From: a virus
IMG/VR virus record: IMGVR_UViG_3300043411_000952
Coordinates: 10,194 to 74,193 of that record
DNA: 64,000 nt
Strand: one strand, 5' to 3'
The notes under the pieces were generated by a model that did not search any database, was not told where the DNA came from, and was given only the letters and a program-made list of their open reading frames with translations. Position numbers and translations under genes: made by a program. Shown one piece after another: positions 63,129 to 64,000 of this stretch. Positions within the stretch are counted from its first letter, which is position 1, and every line of letters starts with the position of its first letter.

Positions 63129-63755
63129 ATGTCCAACTATATACTGTCACACTGTAATTTTATTCATATTCCAAAATGCGGAGGGACAGCGTTAAATACT
63201 GCTCTTTGGAGATTAGGAGTTATTACTGATAAACCTAATCAGGTTATTACTGAACCTGGGTATGGGCATTTATTTGCATCGCAGATGCCTGATAATGGTA
63301 AACCCTTTTTTAGTTTTGTTCGTCATCCTGTAGCTTGGTGGATGTCCTTTTACCATTGGAATATGAATCCTACTCATTCTAGGTTCTCTGCCCCGGAGAT
63401 CGCTACCACTTCATTTGATGAATGGATTCGTGATTATGGGCAGTTCTGGCTTGGACATTACACAGTATTGGTGCGTAGGTATTTAGGTAAAGACACAAAT
63501 TTTCCTACTAATAATAAAGTGGAATTAATTGGTCGCACTGAGTATCTTTACAATGACCTTCGTAACATATTAAATGTGGTAGGTCAGCCATATAAACTAG
63601 ATGTGATGAAGGATTTAATTTCAGGTAAAATACAATTAGCTCCTGTGTTATCTAATGTGCAGGACTATGACAGGAATAAAGTCTCCATGGAATCTCGGGA
63701 ACTGATACATCGCTGCGAACAATTTATGTATAGGACATTTGGATACAAACTATAG
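63129..63755 (+). CDS. Sulfotransferase family protein
   Basis: FIHIPKCGGT (5'-PSB) and FSFVRHP...S.Y (3'-PB). Confidence 0.82.
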   Translation: MSNYILSHCNFIHIPKCGGTALNTALWRLGVITDKPNQVITEPGYGHLFASQMPDNGKPFFSFVRHPVAWWMSFYHWNMNPTHSRFSAPEIATTSFDEWIRDYGQFWLGHYTVLVRRYLGKDTNFPTNNKVELIGRTEYLYNDLRNILNVVGQPYKLDVMKDLISGKIQLAPVLSNVQDYDRNKVSMESRELIHRCEQFMYRTFGYKL

Positions 63756-63757
63756 CT

Positions 63758-64000
63758 CCTGTTTGGGATTCTGTGAATGATTCTGTTAGTAATTCTGTTT
63801 GGAATTCTGTATATAATTCTGTTATGGATTCTGTTAGTAAATCTGTTTATAATTCTGTTATGGATTCTGTTAGTAAATCTGTATATAATTCTGTTATGGA
63901 TTCTGTTAGTAAATCTGTTTATAATTCTGTTAGGAATTCTGTTTATAATTATGTTTGGAGTTCTGTTTATAATTATGTTTATAATTCTGTTAGGAATTCT
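63758..64000 (+). repeat. 12-bp-period degenerate tandem repeat, running off the window
   Basis: About 20 units of (A/G)AT-TCT-GTT-NNN, translating as (N/D/K)-S-V-x. Confidence 0.9.

Noticed and set aside
63758-64000. CRISPR array
   Set aside because: 12-bp period with no unique spacers; variation is codon-like
1-64000. Stop-codon reassignment
   Set aside because: Long genes are intact under the standard code, and TAA, TAG and TGA all end genes at tight junctions; no clear suppressor tRNA

Overview
A 64 kb segment of a large (jumbo-type) tailed phage genome, coded almost entirely on the + strand, with AT-rich core genes and no obvious Shine-Dalgarno sites. It has four parts. (1) A replication/recombination block (4.5-31.6 kb): SbcD/SbcC, a small RAMP/Cas7-like protein, an SF2 helicase, a DnaB-like helicase, a primase, a UDG-fused family A DNA polymerase with three inteins, a RecA-like recombinase and an intein-containing RecQ. 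(2) A putative virion/head block (33-49.9 kb): two separately encoded RNA polymerase beta fragments (one with tandem inteins), a lysozyme-like protein, a probable portal, and proteins sharing a K-x-A motif. (3) A tRNA region (52-55.9 kb) with a group I intron in a CAT-anticodon tRNA and several unexplained structured RNAs. (4) Small accessory cassettes, each behind a copy of one 20-bp promoter motif (8 copies found). The top finding is that two of the three polymerase inteins carry their HNH endonuclease in the +1 reading frame while the intein frame stays open for about 160 and about 345 codons of Arg/Ser-rich filler, i.e. dual-coded inteins. Other strong leads are the stand-alone RAMP-fold gene with no CRISPR array, several highly structured non-coding RNAs directly behind the phage promoter, and an antisense HNH gene in the tRNA intron whose stop codon lies inside the tRNA exon. 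All protein calls come from motif recognition by eye; no database searches or RNA folding programs were run.
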